In this document: positions 39,402 to 51,968 of the stretch, piece after piece
Layout: the number at the start of each line of letters is the position of its first letter
Numbering within the stretch: the first letter of the stretch is position 1
Assembly: GCA_040954595.2 (NCBI GenBank)
Contig: CM082577.2
Location: 18,140,303-18,204,302 of the forward strand
DNA length: 64,000 nt
Source: Balanoglossus misakiensis
Taxonomy: Eukaryota; Animalia; Hemichordata
Direction: 5' to 3'
Notes under the pieces: model-generated
Seen by the model: the letters and a program-made list of their open reading frames with translations, nothing else
What the model was told of the DNA's origin: nothing
The model's database searches: none
Program-made: the position numbers and the translations under genes

Positions 39402-41062
39402 CTTTGTCGGAAATGACAGAGAAACCTGTCTTTGGTGTAAGAAGAATGCCGCCAAGGAAGGATTCTTCTATTCTGAAAAGGAAGGAATTCGTAAAAATGA
39501 CAGACCAAAACAAGAAGGAATTTCTCGAAAATTTCTGTGTGGCACATGTGGTATGAAGCATGGTCCAAAACAATGCCCAGCATTTGGGAAGTTGTGCTCA
39601 AAATGCAAGGGAAAGAACCACTTTGCGAAAGTTTGTAAGACGAAGCGAATACATTCCGTCGACACCGAGTATTACAACGTAGAAGATGAGCCAGAAGAAT
39701 AATTTATTGGCATGATTGGGAACCATAATGTAGTGGATGGGTGGAGCGCTGACCTAAATGTGAACGGTAACGTAATAAAATTTCGACTTGATACTGGCGC
39801 CGAAACAAACGTGCTTCCGTTGAGGATCTACTCTACTATGAAAAATAAAAACAGTCTTGAAAAGACAAATGTGATGTTGTCCATGGAGGCAAACTGAAAC
39901 CTGTTGGCAAAACTGTAATGCGATGCGTTGCTGAGAAAAAATCCGACGATATAATGTTTATGGTAGCAGATGTTACATCGCCACCTGTGATAGGCGCAAA
40001 TGATTGTGAAAGACTTAATCTTGTGCACCGAGTTATGACCGTGGATAGCGAAGCCATCTTCAATGAATATGAGGATTTATTTGAAGGTCTAGGCTGTTTT
40101 GACGGTGAGCATCATATTGTAATAGACAAGACTGTTGAACCTGTAGTCCATCCCCCGAGGAAAATACCATTCATGCTGCATGACAAAGTATTAGCTGAGC
40201 TGAAACGAATGGAAGATCTTGGTGTGATTGAGAAGGTCAATGAACCTACTGATTGGGTCAATTCCATTGTCATAGTTGAGAAAGACGATGGTCGTATACG
40301 TATATGCCTTGACCCACGTGACCTTAACAAGGTAATTAAACGTGAACACTATCACGTCCCAACAGCAGAGGAAATTACAAGTGATCTGTGTGGTGCTACT
40401 ACGTTTAGTAAACTTGACGCAAAGGATGGCTATTGGCATGTCAAATTAGACAACGAGTCTTCAAACCTGTGTACATTTAATACTCCATTTGGAAGATATA
40501 AGTACACGCGCTTGCCATTTGGGTTGAACTCGTCAGGTGAGGTATTCCAGAAGAAAATGAAAGAAGCGTTTGAAGGTTTGCCAGGTACAAATATTCATCA
40601 CCAGGAACACAGCGAAGGGATGAAATCCGTACTTCATATGGGAGAGTTGTTAAAAAGCCGGACAGATATGGCTATGATTGACGTTGATGGACTGGAACTG
40701 ATATAAACTGAAACGATTGACAAATTGACGAAATTTATATGTTTATTGTTGGATGTCGAAAAAATTATATGTTTGAGAATTTCATTAATAGTTGAATTAA
40801 TTAACGTATTAACTTATACTAAATTATTGTTGTTAATTTGTACCGAGCCGTTTGATGTGAATGTTATACAAAAAGCACTTGACAACACGCCACTTTTCTA
40901 AATTCAAATTAATCTCCAAAAACGGGGAGATGTCATGAATGCTAATCAATACTGTTACATAATACATGTATAACGTGACCAGGTGTCACTACCAACGGGA
41001 CTAGGAATAAAGCGTGGTTCATTGTTCAACGTGTCCGACTAGTCTGAGTGTCAATCATTACA
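39402..41062 (+). mobile_element. Second Gypsy element (B; Mag-like double zinc knuckle), 5'-truncated and internally deleted, with 3' LTR
   Basis: Gag CGTCGMKH...CPAFGKLCSKCKGKNHFAKVC, protease LDTGAE, RT RICLDPRDLN/LDAKDGYW/RLPFGL to ~40590. PPT AAAACGGGGAGA, then LTR TGTCATGA...AATAAA...TCATTACA (40931-41062). Confidence 0.85.
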
Positions 41063-41994
41063 GGGACCAGGAGATCCCCTTAGCATATGTTGGTAACCAT
41101 AGCGAAAGTGACAGCCACACAGAGGTACCACAAAACACAGTGATGAGAGTTATCGGGGCAATGGATACCAATCTGGCAGATTATGTGATCGAACCAGGGG
41201 TTGACTCGGGGTAATGATACCCAGAACAGTTCATTCTAGTGGTCAAGTGAATGTGATATGTTTAGTCAACCAAACCGATAAGCTCGTAGTGATCAAACAG
41301 AAGCGTAGTTAAAAGCCTGGCTGACACCAATGAACCGTGTGCTAACAATTTGCCAGGTGTCAGGGTTGTGTCCGAGCCACAGCCCACACCCAATGAGGAA
41401 CTTCCTGAATATTTACAAGAGTTGTTCACACGATCTGGTACTAACCTGACAGGGGATGACGCACAGAAATTAAAAAATATGTTGCTAGAATTTGCGGATG
41501 TATTTGCAGCAGACGAATTCGACTTGGGGAATTTCTACTGCCATAACTCATACTATAAACACAGCAGCTGCATCCCCTGTAAAGCAGCGAATGAGGCGTA
41601 CCCCAATGCGATTTGCTGATGAAGAGGAAGCTTACCTCAGGAAAATGCTCAAAACCGGACTAATGATGTTCCTAACTCGGTTTCGATGATGAGCTTGACT
41701 CCATATCAGATCGAAGATCAGTTGTTGTGGGTCCGGAGATGATTGATGAGGCCGATCCGGGCCCGTAGGGCACGCGCACATACGGGACAGGTGTGGGTGG
41801 GTACTGCGTTGGGAGTGTTGACAGCTCGAGCTTTGCGCGCTTCACGTTTCTGCTGCGTTTCCATCGTGTGTCGCTTCTCTGCTGCACGGGTACGGGCGCC
41901 AGTGGAGACTTTGCTAAGGCAAGTTGAGTGGTTGGTAGTAGTCCATGGGCCAGAGACCGAAACCCTCTCCCCTGAGGAGTTTTGCAGACATATA

Positions 41995-42720
41995 TATATT
42001 TTTGGAAAGCCTATTTATCCGGCTGTCGGAATCAGGTTGTTTGCACTCATATTAATGGTGGGTGTGGCCGTGGGAAGCTGTTGTCATGGTAACGATAGCA
42101 TCATATTTCAGGATCTGAGAAAGCTAGAGAAAAGTTTTTAAACATTCGGTCTTATAAAGTAGGGTACGGGTTATCCAATGATTACATGACCGACAAGGTC
42201 AGAGGTCAAGTTCATCTTCATAACTTGGGGTCAAAGTAAAAATTTCGCTATTTTTTGCATATCGATCATACATAGTTTTGATTTACTGGAAAACGGTTTG
42301 CTAGAGGAGGCTGTAAATTGGTCATTAGGGAGCAAGGAATATTAGCTTTAAGAAAAATAGGCCGATTTTCGTCTTTGGTTGTAATTCATATTAAAATTCT
42401 GAAACCATAACGGCGGATAGAAGATTTTGCAAAATTCCCCAAAATAAGAAACATGTTACATCTTTGCTACAAATTAAGCTTTAGATGAAATTTAAAAGTC
42501 CAGAACTTATAATGTCGGGTGCGAGCTTTTGATTGCTAACTTGAACTTTGGGGTTCAAGGTCATCCTCAAATTTCAGGTCAAAGTTACAAAATGGGCATT
42601 ATGGACTTTTGTTCAAAATGACACTTTATAATTACGGCGAGCGTTTACTACACTGTTTGGGTCTAGAATGCTATAATTTGGTATATTTTGATATTAATAT
42701 ATAAATTAGATCCCACATTT
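41995..42720. mobile_element. Probable non-autonomous DNA-element or HINE-like fragment
   Basis: Interrupts the Gypsy and carries GGTCAGAGGTCA and GGGGTCAAAG modules like the other HINEs. Ends not resolved. Confidence 0.3.
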
Positions 42721-43165
42721 ATTTTGACAGATAAGCCAATCAGTGGCTGATCTGAAGCCTGACAGTGACCATTCTGTTTTTACAAACTGTTCTATAATAT
42801 TTCCCCAGACTCTTTTTCTGTGGATCAGCAGAATAAACAGAGTAGTCTGGGTAACCGAGACTAGGTTGACCACTGTGTGATGTAGCCAGCTCCTACATTC
42901 TTACAGCATTAACAAAAGTTAGCAGAGATGTTTGAAGTTTGCAGTTGAATACACAAAATTTGACAGTAATTTTTCATTACTGTATGTTTACATTCAAACA
43001 TTAATTTTCTGTTATTCTGTCCAAAGAAGATGCCCTTCCAAGTTCCAGTATTTTCATGACAAATTGTCAAGACACTATAGTTAATTCATTATCCCCTGAG
43101 AATGCTCAGTTATTGTTTCAACTGCTGTGTTGTATACATCAATGCCATAGTTGTTGGACATCCAG

Positions 43166-44173
43166 GAGAAGATTTGCTAACCAAAAACAAAGAAACTTAC
43201 AAAAAAACTTGCTAAATATTAAATATTTCTGATATCAGAATTGAATAAAAGTTGCACATGTATGTGTTACGAAATTGTATCCTAAATTTCAAAGCAATCA
43301 GAGAAAAAACAAATTTCAAAGCAGTTTTCAAGAAAATATTTGTTCAAAAGTGGCAAAAATACAAATATGCAAATATCGCCAAAATTGTACAATATCTTAC
43401 TTCAATCAATATAAGGAACATGCCTGCCAAAGTTCAATGCAATGTGACACGCGGTTTCAGAGAAAACAATTTTTGACAAAAATTTGAAAAAATGTCCCCA
43501 ATAACACATTCATGCAAATATCATAATTATTTTAGCAACATCTTACTTGGGTTACCCCTAGGAACATGCCTACCAAATTGCAAAGCAATCTGGCATGCGG
43601 TTTAAGAAAAACAAATTGACCAAAAAAGGCAAAAATTGCTCAAAATTCTAAATTTGCAAATTTTGCAACAATTTGAACAAAACTATGGTTACTCAGACAA
43701 CCTATAGGAAGCTTTATACTAAATTTCAAAGAAGTAGGTCTATAACTCCAGAAATGAAGATTTTTTACCAATAATATGGAAAAATATAAAACAATGCATA
43801 AAAAATAGAAATTCGATAATATTAGCTCAAAACATACAGGACTGTTTGAGGTAGACATAAGATACATGCAAGCCAATTTTCAAATCAATATGACCAGTGG
43901 TTGTTGAGTGTCTGAGTTTTGACCAAATTTAGGTTTTTCCCAGCTAATTTGCATATTTTTGGCAATGACAACTTCGTTTGAACAAACTCCCATCTACAGC
44001 CCAGCATGCATCTACACACCAAATATCGAGGTTATACCCGCAGCGGTTTTCAAGTTTCTGATGTGGACGGACATACAGACATACATCCATACATCCATAC
44101 ATACATCCATCCATACATACAGACGCAACCGATCCCATAAGGTCCCATGGTACATACCAATGGGACCTAAAAA
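43166..44173 (+). mobile_element. HINE-like element, same family as 24198-25670, opposite orientation, one end missing
   Basis: Reverse-complement match to 24198-25222. (CATA/CATC) microsatellite and hairpin AGGTCCCATGGT...ACCAATGGGACCT followed by an A-run. Confidence 0.85.
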
Positions 44174-45290
44174 TGGCTTTGTACAGCTTTCTGTTGATCC
44201 ATGTTTTTTATACAAAACAAGTTGATGATGGGATGATCGTAATACTTATCTGGATAGACGTTCTTATTATTGCAGCAAGTACTGATAAATCAGTGTTGTT
44301 AAAATGAATCAAAAAAGTACTTGTGTAAGATACATGAGAAATTAGAAATGATCGACTGTAAACCAAGGTGTACTCTCTCCGAATAAAAACTTGATTGTAG
44401 TGATAAAACGCCAGCTGATTCCAGAATTTGTCGTGAAGCTGTTGGGAGTCTGATACATGTCACAGTTGGCAGTTAAACACGTCTGCAGATATTTGAAAGG
44501 TACTCTTGATTACGAGTTATGTTTCAAGACGTGTGATGATAATTTATCTTTAACGGGTTATAGTGGTGCAGATTGGGCATCATGTACAGATGATAGAGTT
44601 AGTGGATTTTGTTTTAGTCTAAAACAAGTCCTCTCATTTCGTGGAAATCAAAGAAGCAATCGACTGTCGCTATGTCCTCTTGCGAAGCAGAATATATTTC
44701 ACTAGCCGCAAATATTCAAGAAAGTATGTATTTGATCCAGTTATTGAATAATGTTGGTATTAGTGATAAGCAAGAACCAGTTTTGATTTTTGAGGACAAC
44801 CAGGTTACAATTGATTTAGTCAAAAATCCAGTCAATCAAAGGTCAAAACATATTGACAGACGTTACCATTTTATTCGTAAAGAATTATCCAGTGTTAAAG
44901 TTTTTCTGAAATATTGTCCTACAAATGACATGGTGGCTGATATAGTGACCAAGCCAGCAACGAGATGTAAATTAGACAAGTTCAGAGAGTATATCTTTGA
45001 TTAACTTTCAAACATTGTATTGAACAAATGTTTATGTTCATTACTCATGAGATCAAGTGGGGAAGTTAGAATACATATTCATGATCATTTCATTGTAATG
45101 TAAATGTCGTTATGTAATCATTGAATAGTACTGATGGATGTGACAAGCGCCCCCAATTGGTACAGTTTGTAATAAATTACCCGGATGTTACTCTCCACTC
45201 CGGCCATATTGTGAAAGGATAGTTCTGGTGTGCTGTCTTTGTCCATCCGACATTATTTCCTTCATCATGGGTGATCCCCACAACTCAACA
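44174..45290 (+). mobile_element. Ty1/Copia remnant: RT end, RNase H, PPT and 3' LTR
   Basis: GFVQ..VDPC, YSGADWA, SWKSKKQ..VAMSSCEAEY, IFEDNQ, RSKHID.RYHF, YCPTNDMVADIVTK. PPT CAAGTGGGGA and an LTR-like segment ~45064-45290 ending TCAACA. Confidence 0.88.
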
Positions 45291-45459
45291 GAGAACGCAG
45301 TTGGCGCCTAGCTACTTTAAGTGCAAGACGGCGAGGAGAGAGTGATATATTTTGTAAGTTTAATTTGCACTGACACCAGAGCAGCTGCGATATTGCACCA
45401 CCAGGAGTTGCTGGCTGTAGTGAGATTTACAACACTGTTCCGGCACTACCTACTAGGGA

Positions 45460-47122
45460 ATAAATTTGTGGTACGAACGGACCACATCTATGGCTGAGCC
45501 GTGACGGGTTTGAAATTGACTGAGGAATTCTCTGGAAGAAACCGGAAGGAAATCGGGGACAGAGGTTGGTAGTTCCCAGATCCATGTCTGGGAGATTATT
45601 GACATGAACTACACCATACCGCAGCCGCTCACCAAGGTGTCCAGAGAACTTTGGCAAGAATTCACCGGAAATACTATTGGTACCGCATGGCTGTAGACGT
45701 CCGTGAATTTATCGCAACATGTGCTGCGTGTAATCCGAATAAGAAGCCACCAGGACATGCACGGTGGCCGAATACGAAGTATCATGCAGGTTTTCCAATG
45801 GAGAGAGTCCATTTGGATTTTCTTGGACCACTGCCCGAAACAGCTAGGGGTAACCAGTATGTGATGGTAATGGTGGATCAGTTTATAAAGTGGGTGGAAT
45901 GCATTCCATCTCAGTCAGCTGAAGTGACCGCCCAAGCAGCAGTTGGAAAATTGTCTCAAGATTTGGATGTCCGTTTGAGATCTTCACTGACCAGGGCAGC
46001 AATTTGAAAATCGATTGTTCACTTCAGTATGCGGGCTGTTACAGATACATAAGGCCAGGACGACGCCGTACCGCCCTTCCGCAAACGGCCAGGTGGAACG
46101 CCAGAATAGGTCGCTGATGGACGCCGTGTGGTGTTACATAGGTAAAAACCAGGCTGAGCGCAAGTGGGACAAACATCTTCCACAGATTGCAGGGACCTTA
46201 CACACTTCAGTGAATAGGAGCACCGGTTTCGCCCCAAACCGGATAATGTTGGGACGAGGAGTGACCTGATATATGAATCCCCAGAGAAGATAGACGGCCA
46301 CTACGGGGTGTCGTTTGTTAACTTATTATTTAGCCATATTATTTGTTCAAAAGTCGTTATTTAGCATATTTATATGTATATAACTGTAGGTTTGCAAACC
46401 ATTTAAGTCCCGATAATTTATGTGTAAATAATATCAAGTCGACTCAATTATATACATAAAATGTATTTTATGCACTTTTATTTATATATAATAAATTATT
46501 TCTAATAATATAGCTAAATAGTAAGTTAACAAACGGCACCCCATAGGCCAGACTCCAGAGGAATATGTGCGTGACCTGGGGGAGGCTGTCCAACAAGCAC
46601 ACTATGTCGCCCGTACACATGTGCGGACGACAGGAGAAAATGAAGAGAGACTTCGATCTGCGTATTAATGTGCATTCGTATAAAGTAAGAGATTTCGTCT
46701 ACCTACTTGACACCGCCACTCATCGCGGGAAATGTAGGAATGTATGCCCACCGTGGAAAGGGCCGGGTGTGATAGTGACTAAACTTACACTGTATACGTA
46801 TCGTGTGAAGTTGCCGCGTAGGGTGATAACTGCTAACCACGATCGCATGAAGCTATGCGAGTCAGCTGACCTTCCCAGGTGGACCACTCGGTTTCGCAAG
46901 ACTTTGCTACAAAACGTGGAGGCCGGGAAGGGGGAAGCTCTTTCAGAGGAACCGTATTGCATATGCAGGGGGCCTGATGACGGCGAGCTCATGGCGCAGT
47001 GCAACAGCTGCTATGAATGGTTTCATTGCGCTTGTTTGGGCCTATCATCAAAGCGAGAGAAGAGTGAAGCGAAATTCCTCTGCCCTACATGCAACAGCGA
47101 GACAGATGACGACTTGGGCTAG
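45460..47122 (+). pseudogene. Gypsy integrase (H2C2, rve, GPY/F) with C-terminal PHD finger
   Basis: YYWYRM..DV..F...CAAC, ERVHLDFLGPLP...VDQF.KW, TTPYRPSANGQVER.NR, PWKGP, then YCIC-x11-CNSC-EWFHCAC-x15-CPTC in the same ORF as the GPY/F module (46565-47122). Confidence 0.88.
46302..46545. mobile_element. IS3EU-like MITE inserted in the Gypsy integrase
   Basis: TIR TACGGGGTGTCGTTTGTTAACTTA / TAAGTTAACAAACGGCACCCCATA. Flanks GGCCAC and GGCCAG give a 6-bp TSD with one mismatch (alternatively 4-bp GCCA). Removing it restores the frame EKIDGQTPEEYVRDL. Confidence 0.8.
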
Positions 47123-50049
47123 GAAGGATAGGATCTTTTCTCGTTGGGATAACTGGAGTATTCCTGTATACGAGAGGTTGATGCACCCACGGGGTAACAA
47201 CAATTTCTTTGATGAGTGACAGTTGCATTATTAATGAGCAGACTTCTAATGTTTGCTTTTTTACAAATAGCCGAGATGATGCCAATGAACGTCGGGAGAG
47301 TGAAGCTCACCGACTTATGGATCCTTTGGATTTTGCGGAGATGGCAATAGCGGCCAATCAGCCAACTGAGGTTGAGGGGTACGCTCAGGAGCAGTCTGAC
47401 CTGGCGATGAAGCGGGAGACCTCCAATGGTCATCATTCGTCAGATGAGCTCTGGAGGCGGAGTTTTCTGGAGAGTGGATGGCCAGATGCCTTCCGCCATC
47501 CGTTGAGAGCAGCGACGATAGCAGCAGACCACAACAGTTGTGGGGACGAAGCCATGTCCGCCATGAGGTCACCTCATTGGTCCATGAGTGGATGCCAGGG
47601 GGTTTAACTGATTACGGTTACGCTGAAATGCCAGCCAACTCAAGGGGTGCCAGCAACGAGGACGGACTGGGGTCCATGCTGATCCCAAGGGGATGGAGGA
47701 ACTGATGGGCAAGCCCGTAGGCGTTCCAAATAAAGACCTGTTGGTCCAGCGGAGTGGACAGGACAAGACGCCAGGTGGGGTAGTAGCGGGCCCTCGATGG
47801 TCCCAAAGAAGAGGGATTATATCAGCAGCGTCTGCTAGACTTGCCGACGCCGAGCTCGGTGACCCCGACAAAGAAAAATGTACGGGTGTTGGTGGAGGAG
47901 ACGATTGCGAGGATGCCACCGCTGCCCAAGATTCCTGTGGGCAGTAGAGCGGGAGGTCGACCTGGGGAAATCCGCGATGTGGCGACCGTACCACGACCAA
48001 TTCCGATATACAAACGTAAGATACCTTAGTCACTTGACGACGACCTTTAGCGGCCGCGTCCACTCTCAAACTAATAGTACTTTAATACCGGAAGCGGGTT
48101 AAAATCACTTCACAGCCCCTGGTTTTGGAGCCAACGCTTTCAGCAAGGTGTCTAGGTTGAAGCTTGCACGAGGCATTTCTTCACTTTTCAATATGGGTAC
48201 TGGAGGAGCACTGTGGTCAGAAGAGCTTACGTCTTTACGACGGTCCGCGCCATTGGTGAAACTTGCCATAGTCTCTGCAACAGACGTGGCCGCCATCTTG
48301 GAAGTCATGTTTTTGCCGGCACTGGCTTGACCCTGCCAAGGTTCCATCAGCTTCCAGTTGTCTGAGCTCGCCCAATGGACTGATATTCATACTAGCCATG
48401 TCGAAAGAAATGCCGTGTTTTTCTGCCCACAGATGCACCTCCAAACATGGTGTCATTGACGACAACATCAGACTTGCTGCGTCGACAGTTGGTTGTCTAC
48501 ATGACCAGTCGAAGCCATATCGACGCTGGGCTTATCCGTCACTACCACTACGTCTCTCGGTGACTAAATAGTTAAACAGATACGTAACTGTAAAAGCAAA
48601 CTGCTATGACAAAGTGAAAGCAGCGTGTTCGTTCGAGCAGTGCAGTGCCGCATTCAAAAGTACTGAGCCAAAAGGCGAAAGGTGGCCTTCCCTGATTGGC
48701 TGAAAGTTGGTCATGTGAGAGTAACTGAGTATGCGTGATTTAAACACCGCTCGAAGAGCTAGTACAATAATCACGGAAAGCGCAACTGCATCCTGCGTTC
48801 GGAACCGCCCAACTTAGTTCGGTTCATACTATCCAGGAGAGGCGGGAATTGTCGGAAGCCGGGCTAGGGGAGAGAAGGTTACACATTACCGAAACTTTAA
48901 ATGGACTGGCCAGTCTGGGAGTCATTCAGTTTGTAAACGATGAAAAACATTTGCAGAACCTCTCGGGGTTGTAGTCTTATCCTTGAAAGTGTTCAGGCGA
49001 TATTGTAAATACGACCCATCCAGTAAGAACTAGATTTAGCCTCTCTGGTAATTATTACCGAGGTCATTGACTCAATGCAAACACAATGAAGAAATGAAAT
49101 AAAAAATGATACATTGTAACAATGAAAAAAAATGTAAACATAATGAAATTAAAATGCTAATGTTAACACAATTCTTTTGGTACTAATCTCACCCCATACC
49201 CTGCCTGCATTGCCATAGTCATAACTTCCGATAATATTGTTGTATAAACACCATGACTCCGCATATGAATCTGGGCGATCATGTTTTTAAACTGGTTGAT
49301 GCTAAGCGGGAATGTGTAAACAATCAATCAAATGATGTCTCTGGCCTAAAGACTATTTTATTATTTCTTATTGTCAGACTGCGTAAATGATCGCTCGTCT
49401 CAAGACTGAGCATGCGCAATTGAGTCAACTTACAAATGTGTACTCTGAACAACAAACACCAAATTATTCCTTGTGACCAAAATACTGCCGGAGTAAAAGT
49501 TTCGTTGCTATCCACTTATTGTTATTTAGATTATTTTTGTTAAACTAAAATTATTAAACTAAAATTAAAATTAAACTAAAAAGTCACGCTCGTGAAAATC
49601 AATCGTGGTTGGACTGTGAGAAACCAATGAAAAAGTCCAGCCTTAGGAAGACTTTCCAATATATGAAGATTGCGATTATGCTGGCGAGACAGCAGCTGCG
49701 TTTGTATCCGGTCATCTTAGTTGTATATCACAAAGTCATACACATTTATATAATAACTATTTGGGGTTAATGCTAGCCAATTTATGTGCACTTCTAATCT
49801 GACTGCTCTACTAATCTGCATGATAAATGTTTCACAATGCACATGCAAACATTCTGTAATTTGAATATCTTAAAGCAATCACAAACACAGCATATGTATG
49901 TTGATCTCTATTACATGAAATTACATGTACACTAATTGGACACTCCCCCTAACAACCCAAATCTCTCCCTGTAGATGAATAAACATTTATATGCAAACTT
50001 ATATTTAAAAAATAATACTATTTATTTCCTAAAAGCTCTATACACTACT

Positions 50050-50900
50050 TCTCAGTGCTCTTTATACTACAATGAAAAAGAGAAAAAAATACACACAGAA
50101 ATCACACATATGTAACTATAACACTCGCTAAAAAGATGGGTCATAAGACGACGATTAAAAGACTCACAAGGCCAACCAAGACAGCGAGCGTCCGAAGAAA
50201 GCTCATTCCATAACACAGTGGCGCAGCAACTGAAAATGCACGATGACCATAATTTCTTTTAGTGCTCCTTTTGCCACGCCTGGTAAGATACATTTTGTTA
50301 GATGAACAGAGAGCCCGCTGAGACATATGTATATCTACCAATGATTGCAAATACTGTGGACACTCGCTTCGCATCATGTTGAACCAAAAACAGTTTTACT
50401 TTGATTCTCTCTTTCACTGGCAACCAACGAAGTTGGAAAAAAACGGGCGTGTTGTGTTGTGTTGTGTTCACATTTCTTAGTACGTGTGTTAGAAGGCGGG
50501 CGGCCGCATTCTGAACTGATTGACGTTTCGTAAGCTGGTAGTTATGATCCCTATACATTAGGTTCTTACAGTAATCCAATCGTGAGGTAACAAATGCATG
50601 TACTAATTTCTCTATGGTATCTACCGAAGAACGAATTTTACCCATTTTATACCATGCGAAAAAGGCAGATTTACTTATGTTGTTTGTTATGAATAGAACC
50701 ATTCTAATCAAGTAGCAAACCGAGATCTTTTATTGTGGTAGACGGATTGACATGGACTTTATCTTTAGACTGTCGAGGTCAGTCACGTCAGTCACTTTCG
50801 AAACGCGATGAAAAGTGAACTGGCTCAGTCGTTTTATCATTAAGGATCAGCATATTTGATTCACCAATTTACGCAAATTATCAAATTCGTACGAAATGGA
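50050..50900 (-). mobile_element. Old L2/Crack-like LINE 3' fragment
   Basis: EKLVHAFVTSRLDYC, QSVQNAAARL, TPV..QLRWLPVKERI, YGHRAFSVAAP. Confidence 0.85.
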
Positions 50901-51029
50901 ATCACGCTAGCTATCTGATTCCATCTACACACTCTAGAACAAACAAGAAGTTAACTGACAGACTCAATGATACTATTAGTTGAATCATTCGTTTGAAAAT
51001 CGTTACACAAGTGTAGCATGTTTGTCTAT

Positions 51030-51247
51030 ATGTTGTGTGACATCTAAAATGATATGGATGTGTCTGAGACTGTCATGGTGAATTTGATTGTGGGGTGGAT
51101 GTTGTTGATGTAGTTATGAAAGGTCTGTATAACGGGCATTGTCTCTGTCCAGATTGTGTTAATATCGTCTATGAAGCGGGCCCAGTCTAATGGTTTGTTT
51201 GGGCGTTTTGTTTTCTCCAAGTTACATATAAATATGTTGGCAAAACC
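51030..51247 (-). pseudogene. Penelope-like element reverse-transcriptase fragment
   Basis: Manual translation of the minus strand: FANIFICNLE...PLDWARFIDDINTIW...INNIHPTIKFTMTVSDTSISF. Not in the ORF track. Confidence 0.8.
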
Positions 51248-51870
51248 CTGTAAAAATTATTCCGCCACTAGACTAGAGACATGATAAAAGTGGTAAAAGT
51301 GCGAGCCAAAATTAAACAGGAAATGTGCTTTGATATTTATTACTATAAATAATAATATACACACAGTTTATCTTTATAAAAATACAATAAATACAAACAT
51401 TATAATGTAAAGTAAATGCACATTTCGCACGCCTGTGAAGTTTTGACTCTTAGTTGGGTGGGGGGGGGGGGGGAGTAGAACCAAAGCCTCCAAATTTCTA
51501 GAACTTCGATCCGTTTAGCTGGATTGGGAGTTATATGTATAGTGGAGAATAATGAAAAGCATGCTTTCCAGAATGGTTGACACCAATTATGTAATACTTC
51601 TATACAACCCTGCACAATTCATACCAGCTGAGAACTGATGAGGTTGGTGCCAATAATTTGTACATATGATCCGTTACAGTGATTTGTTGGCAAGTTTTTG
51701 AACTGATTTCAATATGCAAAGTAAAACATCATTAAATCTGCAAATAAGCAAATAATTCACTCATGCATATGTAATTTTGTAAGATCTATCAAAACTTTGA
51801 TCTACTCTGGTGCTGTAAATGTTTTGTTTTTTTTAAACATCTTTTTATTATCTCTTAAAGAAAAAAAAGG

Positions 51871-51925
<55 letters not shown>

Positions 51926-51968
51926 TTACAGAGTGATCTAACGCTGTGTACACGTAAACATGTGACAC

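Larger units (their letters stand above)
38955..48029 (+). mobile_element. Gypsy LTR-retrotransposon internal region (element A); LTRs not found; fragmented by insertions and deletions
   Basis: Aspartic protease AIVDTAAE (39063-39401, resuming at 41063), pre-RT and RT start (41350-41660), integrase (45460-47122) and downstream extra ORF fragments, all collinear on the + strand. Confidence 0.8.
37355..48764 (-). mobile_element. Ngaro-type tyrosine-recombinase retrotransposon, split by nested elements; RT lost
   Basis: ~160-bp direct repeats at 37385-37544 and 48596-48764 (A2/A1 of split direct repeats). YR and RNase H lie at the left, gag-like remnants at ~48030-48480, all on the minus strand. 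Confidence 0.8.

Noticed and set aside
42803-42863. Tiny palindromic element (CCCAGACT...AGTCTGGGTAACCGAGACTAG)
   Set aside because: Only one end is intact and there is no TSD; too little to call.
46565-47122. Host PHD-finger chromatin gene
   Set aside because: The PHD is intronless and in frame with the integrase GPY/F module.
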